Source of the DNA: Eubacteriales bacterium
GTDB taxonomy: Bacteria; Bacillota; Clostridia; Christensenellales; UBA1242
Reading direction: 5' to 3'
Assembly (NCBI GenBank): GCA_018384735.1
Contig: JAHAXB010000034.1
Location: 19,659 to 83,658, forward strand
Length of the DNA: 64,000 bases
Every line of letters starts with the position of its first letter. Within the stretch, counting starts at the first letter, position 1. A program made the position numbers and the translations under genes. Shown in pieces: positions 56,262 to 64,000 of the stretch. Under the pieces are notes generated by a model. It did no database searches and had not been told where the DNA came from. It saw only the letters and a program-made list of their open reading frames with translations.

Positions 56262-57266
56262 TTATTTGCAAATGTGAACCGCCAGGTCAACGGTTTTTAC
56301 ACTGTAACCCCATTCGTTATCATACCAAGCCATTAATTTGACAAATTTATCGGTTAAGAAAATACTGGCTTCCGCATCAAAAACACAAGTGTGTGGGTCG
56401 CCTTTAATATCACTAGAAACCACCGGAACATCGGTATAGGCCAAAATCCCTTTCATTTCGTGTTCACTGGCATTTTTAATTGCCGCGCAAATTGCTTCTT
56501 TCGTGGCTGGCTTGCGTAAATTACAATCCAAAGATACGACCGAAACATTGGCTACCGGCACGCGTAAACTGGAGCCCGTTAATTTGCCTTGTAATTCTGG
56601 AATGACCAATCCTACCGCTTTGGCGGCACCCGTGGTCGAAGGAATCATGTTATCATAGGCCGCACGACCCAAACGCCAATTTTTCACACTGCTACCATCC
56701 ACAGTGTTTTGCGTCGCAGTGACCGCGTGGACGGTCAACATTAAGCCATTCTCAATTCCAAATTGGTCGTTGATGACTTTACACAATGGTGCCAAACAGT
56801 TGGTGGTACAAGAAGCGTTGGACACAATGCGTTGACTTGGTTGATATTGGTCTTCATTAACCCCCATCACATAGGTCGGAGTTTCCTTGTCTTTGGCTGG
56901 CGCGGTAATCACAACCTTGCCTGCCCCCGCATCCAAGTGGGCTTGGCACTTTTCAGTTGTGGTAAAGACGCCACTGGCTTCACAAACTACATCCACACGG
57001 TTTTTACCCCACGGAATGTTAATCGGTTCCTTTTCGGTGTAGAACTTAATCGTTTGACCGTTAATGATTAACGCGCTGTTTTCGTTATCGACTTTAATGT
57101 CCGCGTTTAATTTACCGTGTACCGTATCATAGGTCAAAAGATACGCGGCGTAATCCAAAGTCATGCCCGGATTGTTAATCGCCACTACGGTAGCGTCCTT
57201 ACGCTGTAATGTGTTGCGTAAAATTAAGCGACCAATACGACCAAATCCATTGATACCAATTCTCAT
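56262..57266 (-). CDS. gap: Glyceraldehyde-3-phosphate dehydrogenase (type I)
   Basis: INGFGRIGR and SNASCTTNCLAPL (catalytic Cys); 334 aa; SD AAGGAG. Confidence 0.93.
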   Translation of the reverse strand: MRIGINGFGRIGRLILRNTLQRKDATVVAINNPGMTLDYAAYLLTYDTVHGKLNADIKVDNENSALIINGQTIKFYTEKEPINIPWGKNRVDVVCEASGVFTTTEKCQAHLDAGAGKVVITAPAKDKETPTYVMGVNEDQYQPSQRIVSNASCTTNCLAPLCKVINDQFGIENGLMLTVHAVTATQNTVDGSSVKNWRLGRAAYDNMIPSTTGAAKAVGLVIPELQGKLTGSSLRVPVANVSVVSLDCNLRKPATKEAICAAIKNASEHEMKGILAYTDVPVVSSDIKGDPHTCVFDAEASIFLTDKFVKLMAWYDNEWGYSVKTVDLAVHICK

Positions 57267-57288
57267 ATTTTTTTCTCCTTTTTAATGA

Positions 57289-58227
57289 TTAACGATTTAA
57301 GATTGATTTAATCTCGTAAACAATTTCCCCGTCGTGATATTTAACCTTACCGATATGTGCCAGCAACAGCGTACGCATAAAGGACATTACGGCCAACACT
57401 ATGCCGGCGAAGCCCAAAGTAAATAAAATCCATAAAACTACTGGATGTGCGGTAGCAACGGTGCCAATTCCAATCCCAAAGGCCACAGCTGATAACATCA
57501 AAAATAACAAGCCCCACCAAGTTGAAACCGAACTGACATGACCAGTTTTGTGGTAACTGGTATTACCACGACCGCGACGGCGTAGTTGTTCCAGTTTGGC
57601 TTTGGCTTCGGTGTCGGTATATTCGCTGGCATACCAAAATTCCTTGGTTTCCCAACCAACCCAGTTATTCATCGTACGCATATATTTAGTTTTGGACGGA
57701 TTGTCGCGCAAAACAGCAACCACATCTGCGGTATACAATTCTGCGTTCACGATACCATTGAAGTACCCATCCAAGACAAATAATTTGCACGCCAAGCGGG
57801 TCAAACGGTCGGTGATTAAGGCATTACGACGGCGCCAACCGGTAAATTGACGGTAACCATAAATAATTGGTACCCCGCTTTGTAAATGTTCGTTCAACAA
57901 ACTTTCTAAGAAACCCATCGGGTTCTGAATATCAATTTCCGCAATCATGACGATGTCACCATTGGCCACACTCAACCCCGCGGTAACCGCTGTATGTTTA
58001 CCTGAGCGTTCCGCCAAAGTTACGATACGGAAATTTTGGTGTTTACGCGCGAACTCCAACATCATCAAGCGTGATTCGTCCGTGCTACAATCATCGACCG
58101 CGATAATTTCCCATTGGTACTGCTTTTTCAAACGGATGTTTTCCAAGTCGGCAATGTACTGTGCCAAAACTTCTTTCAAAACAACTTGCTCATTGTAAAC
58201 TGGTAGCACTAACGAAATTTTCCCCAT
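57289..58227 (-). CDS. Family 2 glycosyltransferase with C-terminal TM helices (polyprenyl-phosphate glycosyltransferase-like)
   Basis: ISLVLPVYNE, AVDDCSTDES, and two C-terminal TM segments. TTGCCT-N17-TATCAT ends 6 nt before the ATG. Confidence 0.7.
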   Translation of the reverse strand: MGKISLVLPVYNEQVVLKEVLAQYIADLENIRLKKQYQWEIIAVDDCSTDESRLMMLEFARKHQNFRIVTLAERSGKHTAVTAGLSVANGDIVMIAEIDIQNPMGFLESLLNEHLQSGVPIIYGYRQFTGWRRRNALITDRLTRLACKLFVLDGYFNGIVNAELYTADVVAVLRDNPSKTKYMRTMNNWVGWETKEFWYASEYTDTEAKAKLEQLRRRGRGNTSYHKTGHVSSVSTWWGLLFLMLSAVAFGIGIGTVATAHPVVLWILFTLGFAGIVLAVMSFMRTLLLAHIGKVKYHDGEIVYEIKSILNR

Positions 58228-58321
58228 GCTTATATGATACCCATAAGACCATTTTAAGGCAAATAATTTTTCACTTAGTAATGCCTTGCCGAACTAAAAC
58301 GAAAGTATTATACTGGGCACA

Positions 58322-58573
58322 ATGATCAATGTTTGGGCAAAAATTGTCATCGACCACAAAGTTAAACAAAGTGTGGTTTTGCCGGTCGACCCCGATAATT
58401 TTTACGACGGAGTGACACAAATCGCGGCCGCATTAAAAATTCCAACGCCCGTCATTACGCAAACCCAAATTGACCACTTTTGGGAGTTTAACCTCCTGAA
58501 ACTAAAACAGCGCGACTTTATCGAAAGTATCCCCTTTGATATTTTGGAATTTAATGCTATGATTGAGAAATGA
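58322..58573 (+). CDS. Hypothetical protein (83 aa) translationally coupled to mnmE
   Basis: TTGCCG-N17-TATACT ends 7 nt before ATG 58322. The stop overlaps the mnmE start (ATGA). No family recognised. Confidence 0.45.
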   Translation: MINVWAKIVIDHKVKQSVVLPVDPDNFYDGVTQIAAALKIPTPVITQTQIDHFWEFNLLKLKQRDFIESIPFDILEFNAMIEK

Positions 58574-59847
58574 AAACGATTGTCGGAATTGGAACTCCTG
58601 TCGGTTTTGGTGGTATTGGCATTGTACGTCTTTCGGGCGCACAAGCGTTAGCCATTGTCAAAAAAATGTTTGATAAACCTTTACAGCCCCGCCACGCGAC
58701 CTTAGGTAACATTCATGGCGATAACTTTACCGACAACGCGATTGTAATTTATTTCCCCGCCCCGCACAGTTTTACCGGCGAAGATGTGGTGGAAATTCAA
58801 GCCCACGGTGGTTGGCACTTGGTCAACCGCATCATGCAAACGACCATCCAATACGGTGCCGTACCCGCCGAACCCGGCGAGTTTACCCGCCTGGCGGTCA
58901 TGAATAACAAAATGACACTCAGCCAAGCCGAAAGCACTTTGGATTTAATTAACGCCGAATCCGACGCCGAATTACAAAATGCCGCGCGTTTAATGGCGGG
59001 CGAACTGCAAAATCTACTTAGTCAAGTCGAATCTGACCTGGTGGCGGCGCGCGCCCAAATTGATGCGTACTTAGACTACCCCGAAGATTTGGAATCGCCC
59101 GACTTACCTTTGAACCAAATCAATCAAGCAAAGCATACCATCGCTAATTTGCTGTCCACGGCACAACACGGTCAAATCATTAAAAACGGCATTAACGTCT
59201 GCATTATTGGTTGTCCGAACGCCGGCAAAAGCAGTTTGTTTAACGCGCTGGTTGGCGATAACCGCAGTATTGTCACTGACATCGCGGGTACCACAACCGA
59301 TGTAATTACCGAAAAAATTACTTACCAAGGTATTAAAATCAATTTGATTGATACCGCAGGCATTCGGGATAACGCGGCAACTGCGATTGAAGTCCAAGGG
59401 ATTGCCCGTGCCAAATCCACATTACAAAACGCGGATATTTTATTGGTGGTTGTCGACGCCACTACCCGCCAAATGTTAGACTTCCCGCATAACAAAAAGC
59501 ATTTAATCATTTACAACAAATGCGACCTTTGCCCCGATACTCCGGCCGACGGCATTGCGGCTTCCGCGAAGACGGGCAAAAACATCAACTTAGTTTTGTC
59601 GACCTTAATTGATATGGTGACCAAAACCGCACCCGCAGGTAACACGGTAAATTTAACTAACGAACGCCAAGCCAACTTGTTACGCCAAGCCCAAACCTTG
59701 TTAAATGAAATTAACCCGCAAGAACCACTGGACAAAATTTCGGCGAACATCACTTTGGCACTGAGTTACATTGGCAAAATTACCGGTACCGATGTTGACA
59801 AACGAACTTTGGATGAGATCTTTTCCAAGTTCTGTTTGGGAAAATAA
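58570..59847 (+). CDS. mnmE: tRNA modification GTPase MnmE
   Basis: N-terminal GIGIVRLSG, G domain GCPNAGKSSLFN...DTAG, and the C-terminal FCLGK signature. Confidence 0.9.
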   Translation: MKTIVGIGTPVGFGGIGIVRLSGAQALAIVKKMFDKPLQPRHATLGNIHGDNFTDNAIVIYFPAPHSFTGEDVVEIQAHGGWHLVNRIMQTTIQYGAVPAEPGEFTRLAVMNNKMTLSQAESTLDLINAESDAELQNAARLMAGELQNLLSQVESDLVAARAQIDAYLDYPEDLESPDLPLNQINQAKHTIANLLSTAQHGQIIKNGINVCIIGCPNAGKSSLFNALVGDNRSIVTDIAGTTTDVITEKITYQGIKINLIDTAGIRDNAATAIEVQGIARAKSTLQNADILLVVVDATTRQMLDFPHNKKHLIIYNKCDLCPDTPADGIAASAKTGKNINLVLSTLIDMVTKTAPAGNTVNLTNERQANLLRQAQTLLNEINPQEPLDKISANITLALSYIGKITGTDVDKRTLDEIFSKFCLGK

Positions 59848-59858
59848 GAGGAGCAAAA

Positions 59859-61628
59859 ATGACAAAAGATTTTGATGTAGTTGTAGTGGGTGCTGGTCAC
59901 GCAGGTTGCGAAGCCGCGGTGGCCGCCGCCCGTTTAGGAAAAAAAGTTTTGCTAACCACATTACACGAACGCAGCATTGGGATGTTACCCTGCAACCCGT
60001 CCATTGGTGGTACCGCCAAAGGTCATTTGGTTTGCGAAATTGATGCCTTAGGTGGTATCATGGGCATTTTGGCGGACAAAGCCGCCATCCAAATCAAAAT
60101 GCTGAACGCTGCCAAGGGTCCCGCCGTCCGCAGTTTACGCGCCCAAATTGATAAAGCCCGCTACCACGAAGCCATGGTAGATTTGTTAAAACACACACCC
60201 AATTTGACTTTGGCGATTGGCGAAGTCAACGGCTTAATTTGGCAAGACCAAAAAATTACCGGTGTGGTTTTTAACGGCGAGAAAATCAACTGCCGTGCCG
60301 TGGTGGTTGCAACCGGAACTTATTTGCAAAGTAAAACTTTCGTGGGTTCGGTGGTTAAATTTGAAGGTCCCACCGGCTTACCAAATTCAACCACTTTGGA
60401 ACAATCATTCATCGACATGGGCATCGAAATCCGCCGTTTCAAAACTGGTACGCCCGCACGTGTGGATATTGATTCGATTGATTACAGCCAGACTGAAATT
60501 CAAAACGGCGACGATAACATCCGTGCCTTTTCCTTCTTAGCCACGCACCCGATTAAAAACATTTGCCCGTGCTATTTAGCTTACACCAACGAAACCACGC
60601 ACCAAATCATTCGGGAACACATTAAAGAATCCGCCATGTACAGTGGCTTAATTCACGGCGTGGGACCGCGCTACTGCCCCAGCATTGAAGATAAGATTAC
60701 CCGTTTTGCGGACCGTACCCGCCACCAAACTTTCTTGGAACGCGAAAGTATGTCCAGTCGCGAAATTTACCTGCAAGGTTTGTCGTCGTCCTTACCGGCC
60801 GAAGTACAAAGCCAATTCATTCACAGTATTAAAGGTTTGGAAAATTGCCAAATCATTCGTTCGGGTTACGCCATCGAGTATACCTGCATTAACCCGTTAG
60901 AACTGTTGGCATCTTTACGCCACAAAAAATACCAAGGTTTATATTGCGCGGGTCAAATTAACGGTACCAGCGGTTACGAGGAAGCTGCGGCGCAAGGTTT
61001 GGTTGCTGGTATCAACGCATCGCGCGAAATTGACCAGTTACCACCCATGGTGTTGTCGCGTACCAACGCTTATATTGGGGTTTTGATTGATGACTTGACC
61101 ACGGAAGGCACCTTGGAACCGTACCGTATGTTTACCGCCCGTGCCGAATACCGTTTATCATTACGTCAAGATAACGCGGACGAACGCTTGACCCCCATTG
61201 GTCGCGAGGTTGGCTTGGTCGATGATACTCGCTTTGCCGCATTCACGAAGAAGCAAGCACACTTACAAAAAATCCGCGACATGGTTACCCCGAAAATCCG
61301 TCAAGAAGTTGCCAAACAGGAACACACCTTGGCGGACTTTATCAAGGACGAACCCGCGGATTTGCTCGACCAAATCACCACCGAAATCAAATACGCCGGC
61401 TACATCGCCCGTGAACAATCTGCAATTGCCGAAATCTGTCGCCAAGAAGCCACCGCTCTGTCGCCCGACATGAACTATGATGACGTCAAGGGTTTACGCC
61501 GTGAATCGCAAATTAAACTCAATCAAATTAAGCCGTTAAGCATCGGTCAAGCCGCCCGCATTTCGGGTGTCACCCCCGCCGACATTACCGTGCTGTTAAT
61601 TCATTTGCGCAAACAGCAAGAAAAGTAA
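59859..61628 (+). CDS. mnmG: tRNA uridine-5-carboxymethylaminomethyl synthesis enzyme MnmG (GidA)
   Basis: DVVVVGAGHAGCEAA FAD motif, GPRYCPSIEDK and GQINGTSGYEEAAAQG. 589 aa. Confidence 0.92.
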   Translation: MTKDFDVVVVGAGHAGCEAAVAAARLGKKVLLTTLHERSIGMLPCNPSIGGTAKGHLVCEIDALGGIMGILADKAAIQIKMLNAAKGPAVRSLRAQIDKARYHEAMVDLLKHTPNLTLAIGEVNGLIWQDQKITGVVFNGEKINCRAVVVATGTYLQSKTFVGSVVKFEGPTGLPNSTTLEQSFIDMGIEIRRFKTGTPARVDIDSIDYSQTEIQNGDDNIRAFSFLATHPIKNICPCYLAYTNETTHQIIREHIKESAMYSGLIHGVGPRYCPSIEDKITRFADRTRHQTFLERESMSSREIYLQGLSSSLPAEVQSQFIHSIKGLENCQIIRSGYAIEYTCINPLELLASLRHKKYQGLYCAGQINGTSGYEEAAAQGLVAGINASREIDQLPPMVLSRTNAYIGVLIDDLTTEGTLEPYRMFTARAEYRLSLRQDNADERLTPIGREVGLVDDTRFAAFTKKQAHLQKIRDMVTPKIRQEVAKQEHTLADFIKDEPADLLDQITTEIKYAGYIAREQSAIAEICRQEATALSPDMNYDDVKGLRRESQIKLNQIKPLSIGQAARISGVTPADITVLLIHLRKQQEK

Positions 61629-61686
61629 CAGTCAATTTGCTTCATGCTTTAATCTGTGCTAGACTGAGCCAAACAAGGAGAAAAAC

Positions 61687-63249
61687 ATGAAAGCAATACA
61701 AAAAGACAAACAAATCATTACGGAAAAAATTCATTCTGCTGATTATATTAAGTTGGACTACCACTCCACCTGGAAAAAGATGGCAGCACTTTTACAAAAA
61801 ATGGAAAGCTTGTTAATGGAATTAAAGCCATATCTTTCTGCCACTCAATTTATTGATTTGATGCGCGAAGAAAGTATTCCTACCGAACTTTGTGTTAAGA
61901 TTGAAAAAATCGTACCCAAACTTTATCGTGAGAATTCCGAAGCCGGTCGCAAAGCATTGGAATTGTATATTTTCTTGGACGAAATCGTGGTGCCAGACTT
62001 TTGTGGCGCTTGGGAATTGGAAGATTTCAGTTACACTCTGCACGCGTTGAAAAACCCGATTTTAAAAGAAGCCACCCAAAAATGCACCGCCGAAGTCCAA
62101 GCGAAGAACTACCTAAAAATTACCAAAGGCACTACCCCAGAACAAACCTTACACAACGAAGAAGTTGCCATTAACCAAAAGATTGACGAATTAAAAACAG
62201 CCTTAAAACCCGCTCTGCCCAATCGAGTTTATACCGACTTAGCCAAAGCAAGTCCGGAAGGAGCCATGGAAATTTTGGGTTGCGTAATTCCCGAATTATA
62301 CGCAGATAACAAAACCACTGCTTTCAACACCGCGATTGAGTTGCGCACGGTCATTGACTGTTTATACTACAGGCTGGTTGATAAAATTAGAGAAGAAATC
62401 GACAAAGTCGAAGAAAGCGATATTGAAGATTTATTTATTAACGAAGATTGCTGTCAACACAAATGCGATTGTTGTCATACCGAAGATTCAGACGATGAAA
62501 TTGAAATGGACGAAGAAAAGATTGCCAACCGCGAAAATTATGCTAAGGAACAAGCACTATATGACAGTTATGTTAAGGACTACACTTCTGCTGGCGAACT
62601 TTTCGATTTTGAAGATTATGAGCCATATCAAGATGTGGAAGAAAAAACTTACCAAAAGTTCTGTAAACAATTCCAACGCGAAAGCAAGCAATTACCAACA
62701 GACTGGGAAGAACGCCGTCAAGCGATTCAAGACGAAGTCAACCGATTGAAAGCAGATATCAAGCCATACTTGACCACAGCAGGCTATAAAAAATTATTAG
62801 CCACCAACAGTCCTTTTGATATCCAGTTCCTGTTACAGGAATTAGGTACGCGCCTTTTGTTATGTGGAAAAACCGATTGCGTGGTACCAATGGCTAAATT
62901 ACATGCTTACGCACAGACCATTGTCGATGATTTTGCCATGCATGATTTACCATTTGACGAATGCGAAAGTAAAGTTTTGGCGGAAGATTATTTAGGCACT
63001 TACGACAGTTATAACGATGCAGTTTATCAAAAAATGCATGAACTAAAGACCGCCCTCAAACCGTACATGGAACCAAAAAAACATCGCGAGTTTTTATTAG
63101 CTGACCCATTGAACACTTTATTAACCGTTAGTGGTTTGATTAACGAACTTTATTATGACAAACACGATAAAGCGGCAACAACGATTGCGATTGAATTAAG
63201 AAAACTGGTGCAATGTCGTGTCGTGGAATGTTACCGTTATGATTTCTAA
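61687..63249 (+). CDS. Hypothetical protein (520 aa) built from four ~75-aa helical repeats with a central acidic/Cys-rich linker
   Basis: The repeat signature ELK(T/A)xLKPY...ELY.D....(T/A)AIELR..V.C is seen four times. The linker contains DCCQHKCDCCH. SD AAGGAG. Confidence 0.6.
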   Translation: MKAIQKDKQIITEKIHSADYIKLDYHSTWKKMAALLQKMESLLMELKPYLSATQFIDLMREESIPTELCVKIEKIVPKLYRENSEAGRKALELYIFLDEIVVPDFCGAWELEDFSYTLHALKNPILKEATQKCTAEVQAKNYLKITKGTTPEQTLHNEEVAINQKIDELKTALKPALPNRVYTDLAKASPEGAMEILGCVIPELYADNKTTAFNTAIELRTVIDCLYYRLVDKIREEIDKVEESDIEDLFINEDCCQHKCDCCHTEDSDDEIEMDEEKIANRENYAKEQALYDSYVKDYTSAGELFDFEDYEPYQDVEEKTYQKFCKQFQRESKQLPTDWEERRQAIQDEVNRLKADIKPYLTTAGYKKLLATNSPFDIQFLLQELGTRLLLCGKTDCVVPMAKLHAYAQTIVDDFAMHDLPFDECESKVLAEDYLGTYDSYNDAVYQKMHELKTALKPYMEPKKHREFLLADPLNTLLTVSGLINELYYDKHDKAATTIAIELRKLVQCRVVECYRYDF

Positions 63250-63251
63250 AT

Positions 63252-63371
63252 AAAAAAACACGAGTTGCCCCGTGCTTTTCAAGCGCATACTTATGAGGCT
63301 ATGCGTTACCTAATTATTTAAGTGCTCAATATGGCTGTGCATCGCCGGTTTTTACGACTTTTCCTTGTCGT
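63252..63371 (-). ncRNA. Candidate sRNA 1 (~120 nt), family unknown
   Basis: Promoter TTGACT (63405-63400)-N16-TGgTATAAT (63383-63378). The transcript would start ACGACAAGGAAAAGUCGU and end at hairpin AGCACG-N8-CGUGUU plus U7, which also serves the convergent CDS. No credible ORF. Confidence 0.5.
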
Positions 63372-63410
63372 GCTAGTATTATACCACATACAATTTCAAA
63401 GTCAACACTA

Positions 63411-63737
63411 GAAAAAGAAATAAGCCCCCCGTCACACATGGAGGGAGGGCTAATCGTTAACCTGTGGTATTTTAACCGCCACATGCGGTAATTGTTTATT
63501 GGTCCACTGCGGCAGGACCTCTCCACTTCTTCGTAATCGTCCACTAAGGCAGGACCTCTCCAAACGTTTTTGGTAGAGCGGATTTGCGCTTTACCCAACT
63601 CTACTGGTGCACCGCGGCAGAACCTGATGTGTGTGATCTCACTTCTGCCCTCACACTGGCAGGGCTAACGCCTTGGAAGTTAGGCTACCTACCGTTCTTT
63701 CAGACTTCCGACAGGTTTTAACGACTATCCTTGTCGT
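63411..63737 (-). ncRNA. Candidate structured RNA 2 (~327 nt), family unknown
   Basis: Promoter TTGACA (63772-63767)-N18-TGtTATTTT (63748-63743). It has a 5'/3' closing helix and multiple internal helices. The terminator is AGCCCUCCCUCC...GACGGGGGGCU followed by a U-rich tail. Confidence 0.55.
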
Positions 63738-63779
63738 GTATTAAAATAACACATCACAATATATCTTGTCAACTACCAC

Positions 63780-63880
63780 AAAAAAGCAACCCCTTGCGGG
63801 ATTGCCCTATATTCACTGCTCCGTTAAAGGTCGTGCAACACCTAATTACAATCTTGCTTTTGTTAGGCCGCAAGAGCCTA
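63780..63880 (-). ncRNA. Candidate sRNA 3 (~100 nt), family unknown
   Basis: Promoter TTGACA (63913-63908)-N16-TGgTAATAT (63891-63886). Terminator is GCAAUCCC-GCAA-GGGGUUGC followed by U6 (63780-63805). Confidence 0.5.
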
Positions 63881-63915
63881 TGGCTATATTACCACAAATA
63901 ATTTTAATGTCAACA

Positions 63916-64000
63916 TTAAAGTTCTTTCAGGCGTTGGGTTAATAAATTTTTGGTCGTACCGGCTTTCATTTTAGAAACAAAGTCGAACAACAAAATGGTT
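63916..64000 (-). CDS. C-terminal end of an unidentified minus-strand CDS entering from the right edge
   Basis: This is the only frame open to the window edge. Manual translation ...TILLFDFVSKMKAGTTKNLLTQRLKEL, stop TAA at 63918-63916. Confidence 0.3.
   Translation of the reverse strand, partial: TILLFDFVSKMKAGTTKNLLTQRLKEL

Noticed and set aside
63502-63562. Two 24-nt direct repeats with a 37-nt period, considered as a mini CRISPR array or a ToxI-like repeat.
   Set aside because: There are only two copies, the spacer is 13 nt, and there are no cas or toxN-like genes nearby. The repeats lie inside a larger promoter-to-terminator transcript and each folds as a hairpin.
63326-63598. 90-aa minus-strand ORF inside the sRNA array.
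   Set aside because: It runs through the terminator of RNA 2 and the promoter of RNA 1, has no SD or leaderless promoter, and has an implausible composition. The region is better explained as noncoding RNA.
63605-63617. TGGTGCACCGCGG on the plus strand resembles the T-box motif GGGTGGTACCGCG.
   Set aside because: It is an imperfect match. No plus-strand promoter, Stem I/specifier context or following terminator with a U-run is present, and there is no downstream plus-strand aaRS within the window. Strong promoters and terminators support the opposite strand.
63411-63737. Possible identity of the 327-nt RNA as RNase P RNA, tmRNA, SRP RNA or 6S RNA.
   Set aside because: AAGGAUAGUCG superficially resembles the RNase P GAGGAAAGUCC motif, but it sits at the extreme 5' end with no P1-P3 before it, and no ACAGAAnnnGGCUUA-type partner topology is present. 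There is no tRNA-like GGUUCGAnUCC...CCA end or tag ORF, which rules out tmRNA. There is no GGUCCGGAAGGAAGCAGC motif, which rules out SRP. It is too long and branched for 6S.

Overview
Gene-dense chromosomal window with about 60 CDS, 2 tRNAs and at least 3 candidate small RNAs. GC looks mid-40s % by eye, and most genes are on the minus strand. The content points to an anaerobic, endospore-forming Bacillota (Clostridia-like) genome. Sporulation genes present are sigK, spoIVA, spoVAC/AD/AE and a SpoVD/FtsI-type PBP, and nrdD/nrdG encode a class III ribonucleotide reductase. Core housekeeping genes are gyrB-gyrA, valS, ftsK, pnp, der, plsY, groES/EL, rsmH, hrcA-grpE-dnaK-dnaJ, argS, dxs, ftsH, gap and mnmE/mnmG. 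I saw no rRNA, CRISPR array, transposase or integrase. Five things stand out. (1) A 5.6-kb intact phage head/DNA-packaging module (TerL, portal, scaffold, capsid and 3 small proteins) lies between sigK and pnp. It has no tail, lysis, integrase or regulatory genes. (2) A 650-bp array of three promoter- and terminator-bounded structured RNAs sits at 63.25-63.9 kb; I cannot assign them to any known RNA family. (3) Many operon-first genes have a -10 box ending 5-8 nt before the ATG and no Shine-Dalgarno, suggesting leaderless mRNAs. (4) Several core proteins have unusual architecture: a ValRS with apparently permuted anticodon-binding helices, a 264-aa MetK-like protein, a 468-aa GroEL, a 374-aa UvrC, and a GyrA with a roughly 275-aa acidic N-terminal extension. 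(5) Several large lineage-specific proteins are present, including a paralogous pair and a four-repeat protein. All calls rest on motif recognition and manual translation. No searches or computations were run, and start codons are my best manual choices.
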